Positions 22,415-33,266 of a DNA stretch of 64,000 bases are shown piece by piece. The DNA comes from an uncultured Gemmatimonadales bacterium (GTDB taxonomy: Bacteria > Gemmatimonadota > Gemmatimonadetes > Longimicrobiales > RSA9): contig CAWCRS010000007.1 of the NCBI GenBank assembly GCA_963798085.1, positions 1,344,001 to 1,408,000 on the forward strand, given 5' to 3'. The notes beneath the pieces are model-generated. The model searched no databases. It saw only the letters and a list, made by a program, of their open reading frames with translations, and was not told the origin of the DNA. Position numbers and translations under genes: made by a program. Position 1 is the first letter of the stretch. The number at the start of each line of letters is the position of its first letter.

Positions 22415-24577
22415 ATGCGTAATCTCCCGCTGCGTCGCGTGCTCTTCTGGAGCAGCGTGCCGCTGCTTGCTGGCGCAGCCGTGCTGGCCAGCGCGCGCGG
22501 CGGCACGATGCAGCAGCGCAGCGATTCGCCATGCCAGCTGCCGGACACGCTGGATGGATCCGTCGGTTCCGAGATCTACTGTTCGCCGCTGGTGCCGGTG
22601 CCCGCGCTGCGTCACGCGCGTGCCGTGCTCGAGTTGACGGCGCCATCCTCGCCGTTCGGCGCGGCCGTGAGCGCGGACGGCATCGCCAGGTATGAGGCCG
22701 CCATCGTCATCGAGGGATTGCCGCGAGCGGATGCGCTGGGCGCGTACCACGCGTACATCGCGTGGGCCTACACGCTCACGCAGGACGAACCGATCCGCCT
22801 GGGCCGCGTCGACAATGGCCGCACTGTCGTGGCCTCGACACCGCGCAATCAGTTCCGCGTCGTGGTCACGGCGGAGGCCTCGCCGGACGCGACGCAGCCT
22901 GCGGGTCGCGAAATACTGCGTGGCACCTCGCCCAGTGCGCGACTGCTCTCGCATCGCGACATGATCCGCATGAGCACACCCGGCTTCGGACGCGACATGG
23001 GTGCGCACATGCAGGGCATGAGCGGCTGGAGCATGCCGCCCATGGATCCGGGCATGCCGTCCATGCCCGGGCTCGACGCGCTGCTGCCTGATGTCGAGCC
23101 GTGGCTGCCGCACGCGGACAGTGCGCCATTCGTCGAGCCATCGCGCGTGGTTCGCCTGGCATCGGGTGACACGCTTCGCCTGGAAGCGGGGCTGGTGCGC
23201 CGTCGAGTGGGGCAGCGTACGCTCACGATGTACGCCTTCAACCGGCAGCAGCCCGGACCGCTGATCCGGGTCGACGAAGGCGCGACGATCATCGTCGCCT
23301 TCCACAATGCGCTGGACCGGCCCAGCAGCGTGCACTGGCACGGTGTGCGTCTGGAGAATCGCTACGACGGCGTGGTGGGCGTGACCCAGGAGGCAGTGCC
23401 GCCCGGTGGCTCGTTCGTCTACCACGTGCATTTCCGCGATGCCGGGATCTACTGGTACCACCCGCACGTGCGCGAAGACATCGAGCAGGATCTCGGTCTC
23501 TACGGCAACATGCTGGTGCAGCCGGCCCTCGCCGGTGCGTACGGCCCCGCGCATCGCGAGGAAGTGGTGACGCTGGACGATTTCCTCATGGGCGACAGCG
23601 GGCCCGTGCCGTACGGCGACGACGCGCCCACGCACACGCTCATGGGGCGCTTCGGCAATGTCTTCCTGATCAATGGCGAGCTGCGCTACACGCTCACCGT
23701 GCAGCGCGGCGAAGTGGTGCGTTTCTACTTCACGAACGTGGCGAACAGCCGCATCTTCAACATCTCGTTCGCTGATGCGCCCATGAAGATCGTGGGCGGC
23801 GATGTGAGTCGCTACGAGCGGGAGGCGTGGGTGCCCAGCGTAGTGCTGGCGCCGGCCGAGCGCGCCATCGTGGATGTGATGTTCCCGCAATCGGGCGAGG
23901 TTGCGCTCAGCAATCGCATCCAGGCGGTGAATCACATGCTGGGCACGTTCACGCCGGAGGTGGACACGCTGGGCGTGGTAACGGTGCGTCAGACGCCCGC
24001 ATCGCCGGACTATGCTTCCGCCTTCCGGCAGCTGCGCGTCAACAGCGATGTCATCAGCGAAATCGACCGTTTCCGTTCATACATCGCGCGCCCGCCGGAC
24101 AAGACGCTGATCCTGCGCATGGATGCCAGCCGGCTGTCGGGCGCGCTGCTCTCGACCCTGCTCGTGGGCTACGCGCCGCCCGTCGACTGGAACGACGGCA
24201 TGCCCATGATGAACTGGCTGATGACGGCGCAGGACGCGCGCTGGACGCTGCAGGATCCGGCAACGGGCCGCGAGAACATGGACATCGACTGGCACTTCCG
24301 TGTCGGGCAGGTCGTCAAGATCGCACTGGTCAATCCGGCCGGCACGTTCCACCCGATGAGTCATCCCATCCACCTGCACGGGCAGCGCTTCCTGGTGGTG
24401 AAACGCAACGGTGTGCTCAATCCCGATCTCGTGTGGAAGGACACCGTCATCGTGCCCGTCGGCGAAACCGTGGAGATCCTGCTCGAGCTTTCCAATCCCG
24501 GTCGCTGGATGCTGCACTGCCACATTGCCGAGCACCTCGGCGCCGGCATGATGATGACGTTCGATGTGCAGAGCTGA
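22415..24577 (+). CDS. Multicopper oxidase with extra N-terminal domain
   Basis: Four copper boxes: HWHG, WYHPH, HPIHLH, HCHIAEHLGAGM; RR-containing signal peptide; Met-rich linker. Confidence 0.93.
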   Translation: MRNLPLRRVLFWSSVPLLAGAAVLASARGGTMQQRSDSPCQLPDTLDGSVGSEIYCSPLVPVPALRHARAVLELTAPSSPFGAAVSADGIARYEAAIVIEGLPRADALGAYHAYIAWAYTLTQDEPIRLGRVDNGRTVVASTPRNQFRVVVTAEASPDATQPAGREILRGTSPSARLLSHRDMIRMSTPGFGRDMGAHMQGMSGWSMPPMDPGMPSMPGLDALLPDVEPWLPHADSAPFVEPSRVVRLASGDTLRLEAGLVRRRVGQRTLTMYAFNRQQPGPLIRVDEGATIIVAFHNALDRPSSVHWHGVRLENRYDGVVGVTQEAVPPGGSFVYHVHFRDAGIYWYHPHVREDIEQDLGLYGNMLVQPALAGAYGPAHREEVVTLDDFLMGDSGPVPYGDDAPTHTLMGRFGNVFLINGELRYTLTVQRGEVVRFYFTNVANSRIFNISFADAPMKIVGGDVSRYEREAWVPSVVLAPAERAIVDVMFPQSGEVALSNRIQAVNHMLGTFTPEVDTLGVVTVRQTPASPDYASAFRQLRVNSDVISEIDRFRSYIARPPDKTLILRMDASRLSGALLSTLLVGYAPPVDWNDGMPMMNWLMTAQDARWTLQDPATGRENMDIDWHFRVGQVVKIALVNPAGTFHPMSHPIHLHGQRFLVVKRNGVLNPDLVWKDTVIVPVGETVEILLELSNPGRWMLHCHIAEHLGAGMMMTFDVQS

Positions 24578-24597
24578 AACGGCGTCGTCGCCTGCGC

Positions 24598-25569
24598 TCA
24601 GATCCCTTCGAAGAGCGCCGTCGAGATGTAGCGCTCAGCGAACGAGGGAATGATCGTCACGATCATGCGGCTCTGCATTTCCGGTCGCGCGGCCACCTTG
24701 TACGCAGCCACCAGTGCGGCGCCCGACGAGATGCCGACGGGAATGCCTTCCACGCGGGCCGCCTCCCTCGCCATGGAGAGCGCATCAGCGTTGCTCACGG
24801 CGATCACTTCGTCGATCAGGCGGGTGTCCAGCACCTCGGGAATGAAGCCGGCGCCAATGCCCTGGATCATGTTGCCGGGTCCCGGCTGGCCACCGGAAAG
24901 CACGGGGCTGACTTCCGGTTCCACGGCCACCATGCGCAGGCCGGGCCGTCGCTTCTTCAGCACATTGCCGCAGCCCGTGAGCGTGCCGCCGGTGCCCACG
25001 CCGCAGACAACGACATCGACCTTGCCACCGGTGTCGCGCCAGATCTCCTCCGCTGTGGTGCGGCGATGGATCTCGGGGTTGGCGGGATTGGAGAACTGAC
25101 CGGGCATGACCGCGCCCGGAATCGAGTGCACCAGTTCGTCGGCCTTCTGGAGTGCGCCGTTAATGCCCTGTTCCTTCGGCGTCAGGAAGACTTCCGCGCC
25201 CAGCAGCGCCAGCATCTTGCGCCGTTCGAGCGACATGGTCTCGGGCATTGTCAGCACACAGCGATAGCCGCGCGACGCGCACACGAAGGCCAGCGCTATG
25301 CCGGTGTTACCCGACGTGGGTTCGACGATCGTGGTGCCGGACTTGATGCGGCCATCGGCTTCCATCGCTTCGATCATGGCCACACCAATGCGGTCCTTCA
25401 CGCTGGCAATGGGATTGAAGAACTCGAGCTTGAGCAGCACGTCCGCGCGCGCGCCGTGCTTTTCGCTGAGACGCGGCGCACGAACGAGCGGCGTGTCCCC
25501 GATGGTCTCTCCAATGTTCTCGTATATGCGGCCGCGGCCCGGACGATGCTCCTGCGTTTCGCCTGTCAT
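24598..25569 (-). CDS. cysK: Cysteine synthase A
   Basis: [43 protein letters not shown]. Confidence 0.97.
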   Translation of the reverse strand: MTGETQEHRPGRGRIYENIGETIGDTPLVRAPRLSEKHGARADVLLKLEFFNPIASVKDRIGVAMIEAMEADGRIKSGTTIVEPTSGNTGIALAFVCASRGYRCVLTMPETMSLERRKMLALLGAEVFLTPKEQGINGALQKADELVHSIPGAVMPGQFSNPANPEIHRRTTAEEIWRDTGGKVDVVVCGVGTGGTLTGCGNVLKKRRPGLRMVAVEPEVSPVLSGGQPGPGNMIQGIGAGFIPEVLDTRLIDEVIAVSNADALSMAREAARVEGIPVGISSGAALVAAYKVAARPEMQSRMIVTIIPSFAERYISTALFEGI

Positions 25570-25769
25570 CTCCGTGGTTCCCCGTCGTTGATGGTCCTCG
25601 CCGCCTGGCGCAGCATGGCCGGTCAGGCTCCAGGGCCGGACGTTAGGGCGCGCGCCCGGCCGCGCGCAAATCGCCCCTGACGGGGGCGCAGTTCCCACAC
25701 GCGGCGCTTATCTTGTGACCCGGCGATGCGTCATGTACGCCATCCTCCACGGAAACCGGAGCTCCGGAC

Positions 25770-27197
25770 ATGCGTAGCCTCCAGTGGCTGGTTCCCGCTT
25801 CTCTCCTGCTCGCACACGGCGGCGTTTCTGCGCAGGCCGCGGTCCAGCCCGGACCGGCCGTGCAGCCGTTCATCCAGGTGAATGCGCCTGTCGTCGCGCT
25901 CACGCACGTGAAGCTCATCGACGGCACCGGCACGCCCGCGAAGAACGATCAGACCGTCATCATCGCAAACGGGAAGATCCAGGCGGTGGGTCCCAGTGCC
26001 AGCACGCGGCCGCCGCAGGGCGCTCGCATCATGGACCTGAGCGGACACACGGTCATGCCCGGAATCATCGGGCTGCACGACCACATGTACTACTCGTCGC
26101 TGGCCGGCTCGATGAAGCTCATGCCCTACAGCTATCCCAAGCTGTTTCTGGCTGCGGGCGTGACCACGATCCGGACGACGGGCAGCGTCGATGCCTACCA
26201 GGAGCTGAACCTGCGCGCCGCCATCGAAGCGGGTGAGCAGGTGGGGCCCGATATCGTCGTCACCGGGCCGTACCTGCAGGGCAAGGGTGGCGGCCTCGCG
26301 GCCATGCACCCGCTCGCCGATGCGGAGGATGCCCGCCGCACCGTGAAATACTGGGCCGACGAGGGCGTGACCTGGTTCAAGGCCTACACCACGATCACGC
26401 GCGACGAGCTGGGTGCCGCCATCGACGAAGCGCACAAGCGCGGGGTGAAGGTGACCGCACACCTCTGCTCCGTAGGATTCCGCGAGGCCGTCGCACTCGG
26501 CATCGACAACCTCGAACACGGGCTGCTGGTGAACACGGAATACGTGCCCGACAAGAAGCTCGACATGTGTCCGCCGGGCACCGTATCCGATCAGTACGCG
26601 TCGCTGGACATAAGCAGCCCGGAGGTGCAGCAGACCATCCGCGAGATGGTGGCGCACAAGGTGTCGATGACGTCCACGCTCGACGTCCTCGAGCTGTCAT
26701 CGCCTGACCGTGTGCCCCTGGATGACCGCGTGCTCGATGCCGTTTTCCCCGACGTGCGCCAGGCGCTCATCACGTGGAAGACGAAAGGCGATGCCGCGCC
26801 CAACCAGATCGAGCACGCCGCGCTGAAGAAGGCCATGGAGTTCGAGCGCGCATTCGTGAAGGCCGGTGGCGTGCTGGCGGCCGGCTCCGACCCGTGCTGC
26901 CTCATGTCCATCGCCGGCTACGCGGACCAGCGCAACTTCCCGTTGCTCGTCGAGGCCGGCTTCACGCCCGAGCAGGCCGTGCAGATCATGACCGCCAACG
27001 GCGCGCACGTGCTGGGCATGGATGATCGCGTCGGCACCATCACCGCCGGCAAGCAGGCCGACCTCATCGTGCTCGACGCAGATCCGACGGCGGATCCCGG
27101 CGCCATTCGCAGCGTGAGCACCGTCTTCCGCAAGGGCATCGGCTACGATCCGGCGAAGCTGACCACCGCAGTGAAAGGCCTCGTAGGCCTGCGCTGA
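25770..27197 (+). CDS. Secreted amidohydrolase-family protein
   Basis: Signal peptide; PGIIGLHDH, VTAH, LEHG, AGSD, GKQADLIVL. Confidence 0.92.
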   Translation: MRSLQWLVPASLLLAHGGVSAQAAVQPGPAVQPFIQVNAPVVALTHVKLIDGTGTPAKNDQTVIIANGKIQAVGPSASTRPPQGARIMDLSGHTVMPGIIGLHDHMYYSSLAGSMKLMPYSYPKLFLAAGVTTIRTTGSVDAYQELNLRAAIEAGEQVGPDIVVTGPYLQGKGGGLAAMHPLADAEDARRTVKYWADEGVTWFKAYTTITRDELGAAIDEAHKRGVKVTAHLCSVGFREAVALGIDNLEHGLLVNTEYVPDKKLDMCPPGTVSDQYASLDISSPEVQQTIREMVAHKVSMTSTLDVLELSSPDRVPLDDRVLDAVFPDVRQALITWKTKGDAAPNQIEHAALKKAMEFERAFVKAGGVLAAGSDPCCLMSIAGYADQRNFPLLVEAGFTPEQAVQIMTANGAHVLGMDDRVGTITAGKQADLIVLDADPTADPGAIRSVSTVFRKGIGYDPAKLTTAVKGLVGLR

Positions 27198-27203
27198 GCC
27201 TGG

Positions 27204-27330
27204 GACGGTACACGGATTTCAGGCGACGGCGCCCGTCCGTGTACCGTCGGATTCAGCCACCGACGCCGCGCCTCTCGGCGCTCTCGATCCGTTGAATCCG
27301 TGCCCGGCCCGAGCCTCAGCCCCAGCCCGA
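27204..27330. repeat. Inverted repeats plus reverse-orientation copy of the GGGCT[G/C]/AACGGAT repeat
   Basis: Perfect 13-bp IR GACGGTACACGGA (27204-27216/27236-27248); CGGATTCA/TGAATCCG; minus strand TCGGGCTGGGGCTGAGGCTCGGGCCGGGCACGGATTCAACGGATCGA. Confidence 0.65.
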
Positions 27331-27377
27331 GAGACATTTCGTTTACTTCGTTCACTGCCTCATTGGCAGGGTAAAGG

Positions 27378-27391
27378 GGCACACGGCTTGC
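27378..27391 (+). promoter_or_regulatory. Putative sigma54 -24/-12 promoter upstream of clpB
   Basis: GGCACACGGCTTGC matches GGCAC-N5-TTGC (GG-N10-GC). Confidence 0.45.
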
Positions 27392-27550
27392 CCTTCCCAG
27401 CCGCATGTCCGCCCTCTGACGCCACGCGCTATCGCGTGGGCGAGGGTCCGGGCACTCCCTTACATTCGGATGCGCGACTGGCCCTGCGACGAGGCGGGCC
27501 GAGACGGAGGAGCACCGCACGCATCCGCGGACACGGAAGGACGGGAAGCC

Positions 27551-30166
<2,616 letters not shown>

Positions 30167-30224
30167 CAGGCCCGTGACGGCCCCCGACCTTGGAATGTCT
30201 TCCAGGAAGGGAGATGCAACACCA

Positions 30225-30692
30225 ATGAAATCAGGAAGCTTCACACGACCACTGGCGTTTGGCGTGCTGGTGCTGCTCGGAGCCTGCGCCACGAAGCGGG
30301 TGGAAGTGCCGCTCACCAGCACAGCTTCGCCGATGGCAAACGCGAACGTTGCGGCTTCGCTGGTGGTCGATCAGTTCCTGCGCGCCGCCAATTCGAACGA
30401 CCTCGACACGATGGCGAGACTGTTCGGCACGCGCGAAGGCTCCGAGTTGAAGCGGGATCCCAAGGACCTGATCGACAAGCGCATGTTCGCGATCGCGTCC
30501 GTGCTGCGTTATGACAGCTACAAGATCAAGGGCAACGAGATCGTGCCGGGCCGGCGTGATGAGGCGACACGTCTCATCGTCACGATGAATTTCGGCGAGC
30601 GCTCGGTCGACGTGCCGTACACGCTGGTCTACAGCAAGGACAAGACGTGGCTGGTGGAGCAGATCGGCGTGGACGCGATTACGGGGAAGTAG
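30225..30692 (+). CDS. Hypothetical lipoprotein (possibly NTF2-like fold)
   Basis: Lipobox LLGAC; VDQFLRAANSNDLDTMARLFG..W.VEQI. Confidence 0.75.
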   Translation: MKSGSFTRPLAFGVLVLLGACATKRVEVPLTSTASPMANANVAASLVVDQFLRAANSNDLDTMARLFGTREGSELKRDPKDLIDKRMFAIASVLRYDSYKIKGNEIVPGRRDEATRLIVTMNFGERSVDVPYTLVYSKDKTWLVEQIGVDAITGK

Positions 30693-31095
30693 GCGAGGGG
30701 TCTTCGATCAGTTCGACCAGCACGCCGTGTGTGCTGCGCGGATGCAGGAATGCGACGCGCCGGCCATGAGCACCGGGCCGGGGCGTCCCATCGATCAATT
30801 CCAGGCCGCGTGCCGACAAGTCGCGCAACGCGGCATCCAGATCCGATACGCGATACGCAATGTGGTGCAGGCCGGCGCCGCGTCGTTCGAGAAATCCGGC
30901 AACGGGTGAGTCGGCGCGCGCGGGCTCGATCAGCTCGAGCCGCGTGGCGCCTTCGCCGACAAACGCGACGTTCACACCCTGCGCCGTTACCGGCTCGATG
31001 CTGGAACCGGATGTGCCCGTGAGGAGTTCGAATACGGGTAACGCGGCCGCGATGGAGGGCAGCGCAATGGCCACGTGATCGAGCGTGCGATGCAA
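30679..31095 (-). CDS. mce: Methylmalonyl-CoA epimerase (VOC family)
   Basis: LDHVAIA, LELIEP, GLHHIAY, GAHGRRVAFLHP, GVLVELIE; TTG start. Confidence 0.92.
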   Translation of the reverse strand: MHRTLDHVAIALPSIAAALPVFELLTGTSGSSIEPVTAQGVNVAFVGEGATRLELIEPARADSPVAGFLERRGAGLHHIAYRVSDLDAALRDLSARGLELIDGTPRPGAHGRRVAFLHPRSTHGVLVELIEDPSPTSP

Positions 31096-31196
31096 GAGCT
31101 GCTCCCATCCTGTTGAAAGGAAGGCTGCGCAGCATGAATGATAACATGACGACCGCGGGGGCGGGACACGCGGCCGGAATCTCAAAGGAGACAGGG

Positions 31197-31532
31197 ATGG
31201 CGGAGAACGGCGGACCGGTGACCGTGACCGACGGCGACTTCGGTGAAGTGATCGAGCAGCGGACCGGTCTTTCGCTGGTTGATTTCTGGGCCGTGTGGTG
31301 CGGTCCGTGTCGCATCATTGCCCCCTTGCTCGAGCAGCTTTCCAGGGAATACGCGGGCAAGGTGCAGTTCGCGAAACTTGATGTGGACGCGAATCAGCAG
31401 ACCGCTTTCAAGTTCAGCATCCGGTCGATTCCCAGCATTCTGTTCTTCAAGGACGGCAAGCACGTCGACACCGTGGTGGGCGCAGTGCCGCGTGCCTACC
31501 TCGAGCGCAAGATCCAGGAACATCTCGTTTGA
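31197..31532 (+). CDS. trxA: Thioredoxin
   Basis: DFWAVWCGPC, IRSIPS; SD AAGGAG. Confidence 0.97.
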   Translation: MAENGGPVTVTDGDFGEVIEQRTGLSLVDFWAVWCGPCRIIAPLLEQLSREYAGKVQFAKLDVDANQQTAFKFSIRSIPSILFFKDGKHVDTVVGAVPRAYLERKIQEHLV

Positions 31533-31593
31533 ACGGATAACACGACGTTTCCGGGGCTGGGGCCGGGGAACGCCAGTAAACAACGGATCGAAC
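31531..31593 (+). repeat. Intergenic repeat, GGGCT[G/C]/AACGGAT family
   Basis: GAACGGATAACA, TTTCCGGGGCTGGGGCCGGGGAACG and AACGGATCGAAC shared with 12929-13021. Confidence 0.6.
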
Positions 31594-31755
31594 AGCGTCT
31601 GACGGGCACTGGCTGAACAACAGACGGGGTGGTGGCGGAAGGGCTGCCGCCCCGTTTCACATCTGGCAGAGACCGCTTCGTCCCGCGCCGGGAGCGTCAT
31701 GGGGGAAATGCGTACAGATTCTGTGATCGAGGCCGGGCTGCGCGGAGTGCGGTGA

Positions 31756-32601
31756 GTGGCGACGCTCTTCGTGGTGAGTACGCCGATCGGGAATCTGGGG
31801 GACATCACGCAACGCGCGCTGGAAGTGTTGCGGCAGGTGCGGCGCGTGCTGGCGGAGGACACGCGGCGAACACGCGTGTTGTTCCAGCGCTACGAAATCC
31901 GCACACCGCTCTACTCGGCGCACGCGCACAACGAGCAGGCCAGACTGCAGCAGGTGCTGGGCTGGCTGACGGCGGAAGAGGATGTGGCGCTGGTCTCCGA
32001 CGCGGGCACGCCGCTGCTCTCGGATCCGGGCTCACGGCTGGTGGGAGGCGTGATCGCGGCCGGTCACACCGTAACGCCGATACCGGGCGCGTCCGCACTG
32101 CTGGCGGCGCTCGTGGCGTCAGGACTGGATCTGGAGTCGTTCGTGTTCTATGGCTTCCCGCCGCGCGCCGGGACGGCGAGGACGCGGCGGCTGCAGGAAG
32201 CGGCGTCGTCGCCTCATACATGCGTGTTCTACGAGGCGCCCGGCCGGGTTTCGAAGCTGCTGGCGGACCTGGAGGCACTGTGCGGCGGGGAGCGGCGCGT
32301 GGTGGTGGCGCGAGAGCTGACGAAGCTGCACGAGGAATTCGTGCGCGGAACCCTGGCCGAGGCGGCTGCCTACTATCGCGAAGGGCAGGTCCGGGGCGAA
32401 GTTGTAGTCATGCTCGCGGGCGCGCCCGCAGCTGGGGCAGGGGACGCGTCGCAGGCGGTTCAGCTATTGCGTTCGCTGCTGGATGAAGGCGAGAAGCCCA
32501 GTGTCGCGGCGCGCACGGTCGCCCGACAGCTCGGGATTCCGCGGAGTGAAGCATACCGGCTGGCGCTCGCGGCACACGAAAGCGCGGAGGAGCAAGGTTG
32601 A
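31756..32601 (+). CDS. rsmI: 16S rRNA C1402 2'-O-methyltransferase
   Basis: VSTPIGNLGDIT, AEDTR, VSDAGTP, PIPGASA, ARELTKLHEE. Confidence 0.96.
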   Translation: MATLFVVSTPIGNLGDITQRALEVLRQVRRVLAEDTRRTRVLFQRYEIRTPLYSAHAHNEQARLQQVLGWLTAEEDVALVSDAGTPLLSDPGSRLVGGVIAAGHTVTPIPGASALLAALVASGLDLESFVFYGFPPRAGTARTRRLQEAASSPHTCVFYEAPGRVSKLLADLEALCGGERRVVVARELTKLHEEFVRGTLAEAAAYYREGQVRGEVVVMLAGAPAAGAGDASQAVQLLRSLLDEGEKPSVAARTVARQLGIPRSEAYRLALAAHESAEEQG

Positions 32602-33266
32602 AACGAAGCACGCTGGCGCTTCCGCTCCTGCTCGCAGTGGCCCTGCCCGTTGCGGGCCAGGGCCCTGTGCTGACCATCGCGCAACTCCAGTACAGCGGTG
32701 GCGGTGACTGGTACGCGAACCCATCGGGCCTGCCCAACCTGCTGCGGGCGATCCGCACGGACACGGGCATGCCGGTGTCCGACCGGCCGGCCAGCACCAA
32801 GCTCACCGACCCTGCGCTCTGGAGCTATCCCTACCTGTACATGACCGGCCACGGGAACGTGCGCTTCACCGACGAAGAGGTGAAGATCCTGCGTCGCTAT
32901 CTCGAGTCTGGTGGCTTCCTGCACGCCGATGACAACTATGGCATGGACGACAGCTTCCGGCGCGAGATCAAGCGTGTGTTTCCGGAAGCCGAGCTGACCG
33001 AGCTGCCGCCGGACCATCCGATCTATCACACGGTTTACGATTTCCCGCGTGGCCTGCCCAAGATTCACAAGCACGATGGCAAGCCGCCCCAGGGATTCGG
33101 CATCTTCTACAGGGGCCGGCTGGTGGTTTTCTACACGTATCAGTCGGATCTCGGCAACGGCTGGGAAGACCAGAAGACGTACAACGACCCGCAACAGGTG
33201 CGCGAGGAGGCTCTGCACATGGGTGTGAACCTTTTCGTCTTCGCGCTCTCACAGGTGGCATCATGA
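32598..33266 (+). CDS. DUF4159 domain secreted protein
   Basis: Signal peptide; GGGDWYANP, YPYLYMTGHG, GGFLHADDNY, SDLGNGWED. Confidence 0.88.
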   Translation: MKRSTLALPLLLAVALPVAGQGPVLTIAQLQYSGGGDWYANPSGLPNLLRAIRTDTGMPVSDRPASTKLTDPALWSYPYLYMTGHGNVRFTDEEVKILRRYLESGGFLHADDNYGMDDSFRREIKRVFPEAELTELPPDHPIYHTVYDFPRGLPKIHKHDGKPPQGFGIFYRGRLVVFYTYQSDLGNGWEDQKTYNDPQQVREEALHMGVNLFVFALSQVAS

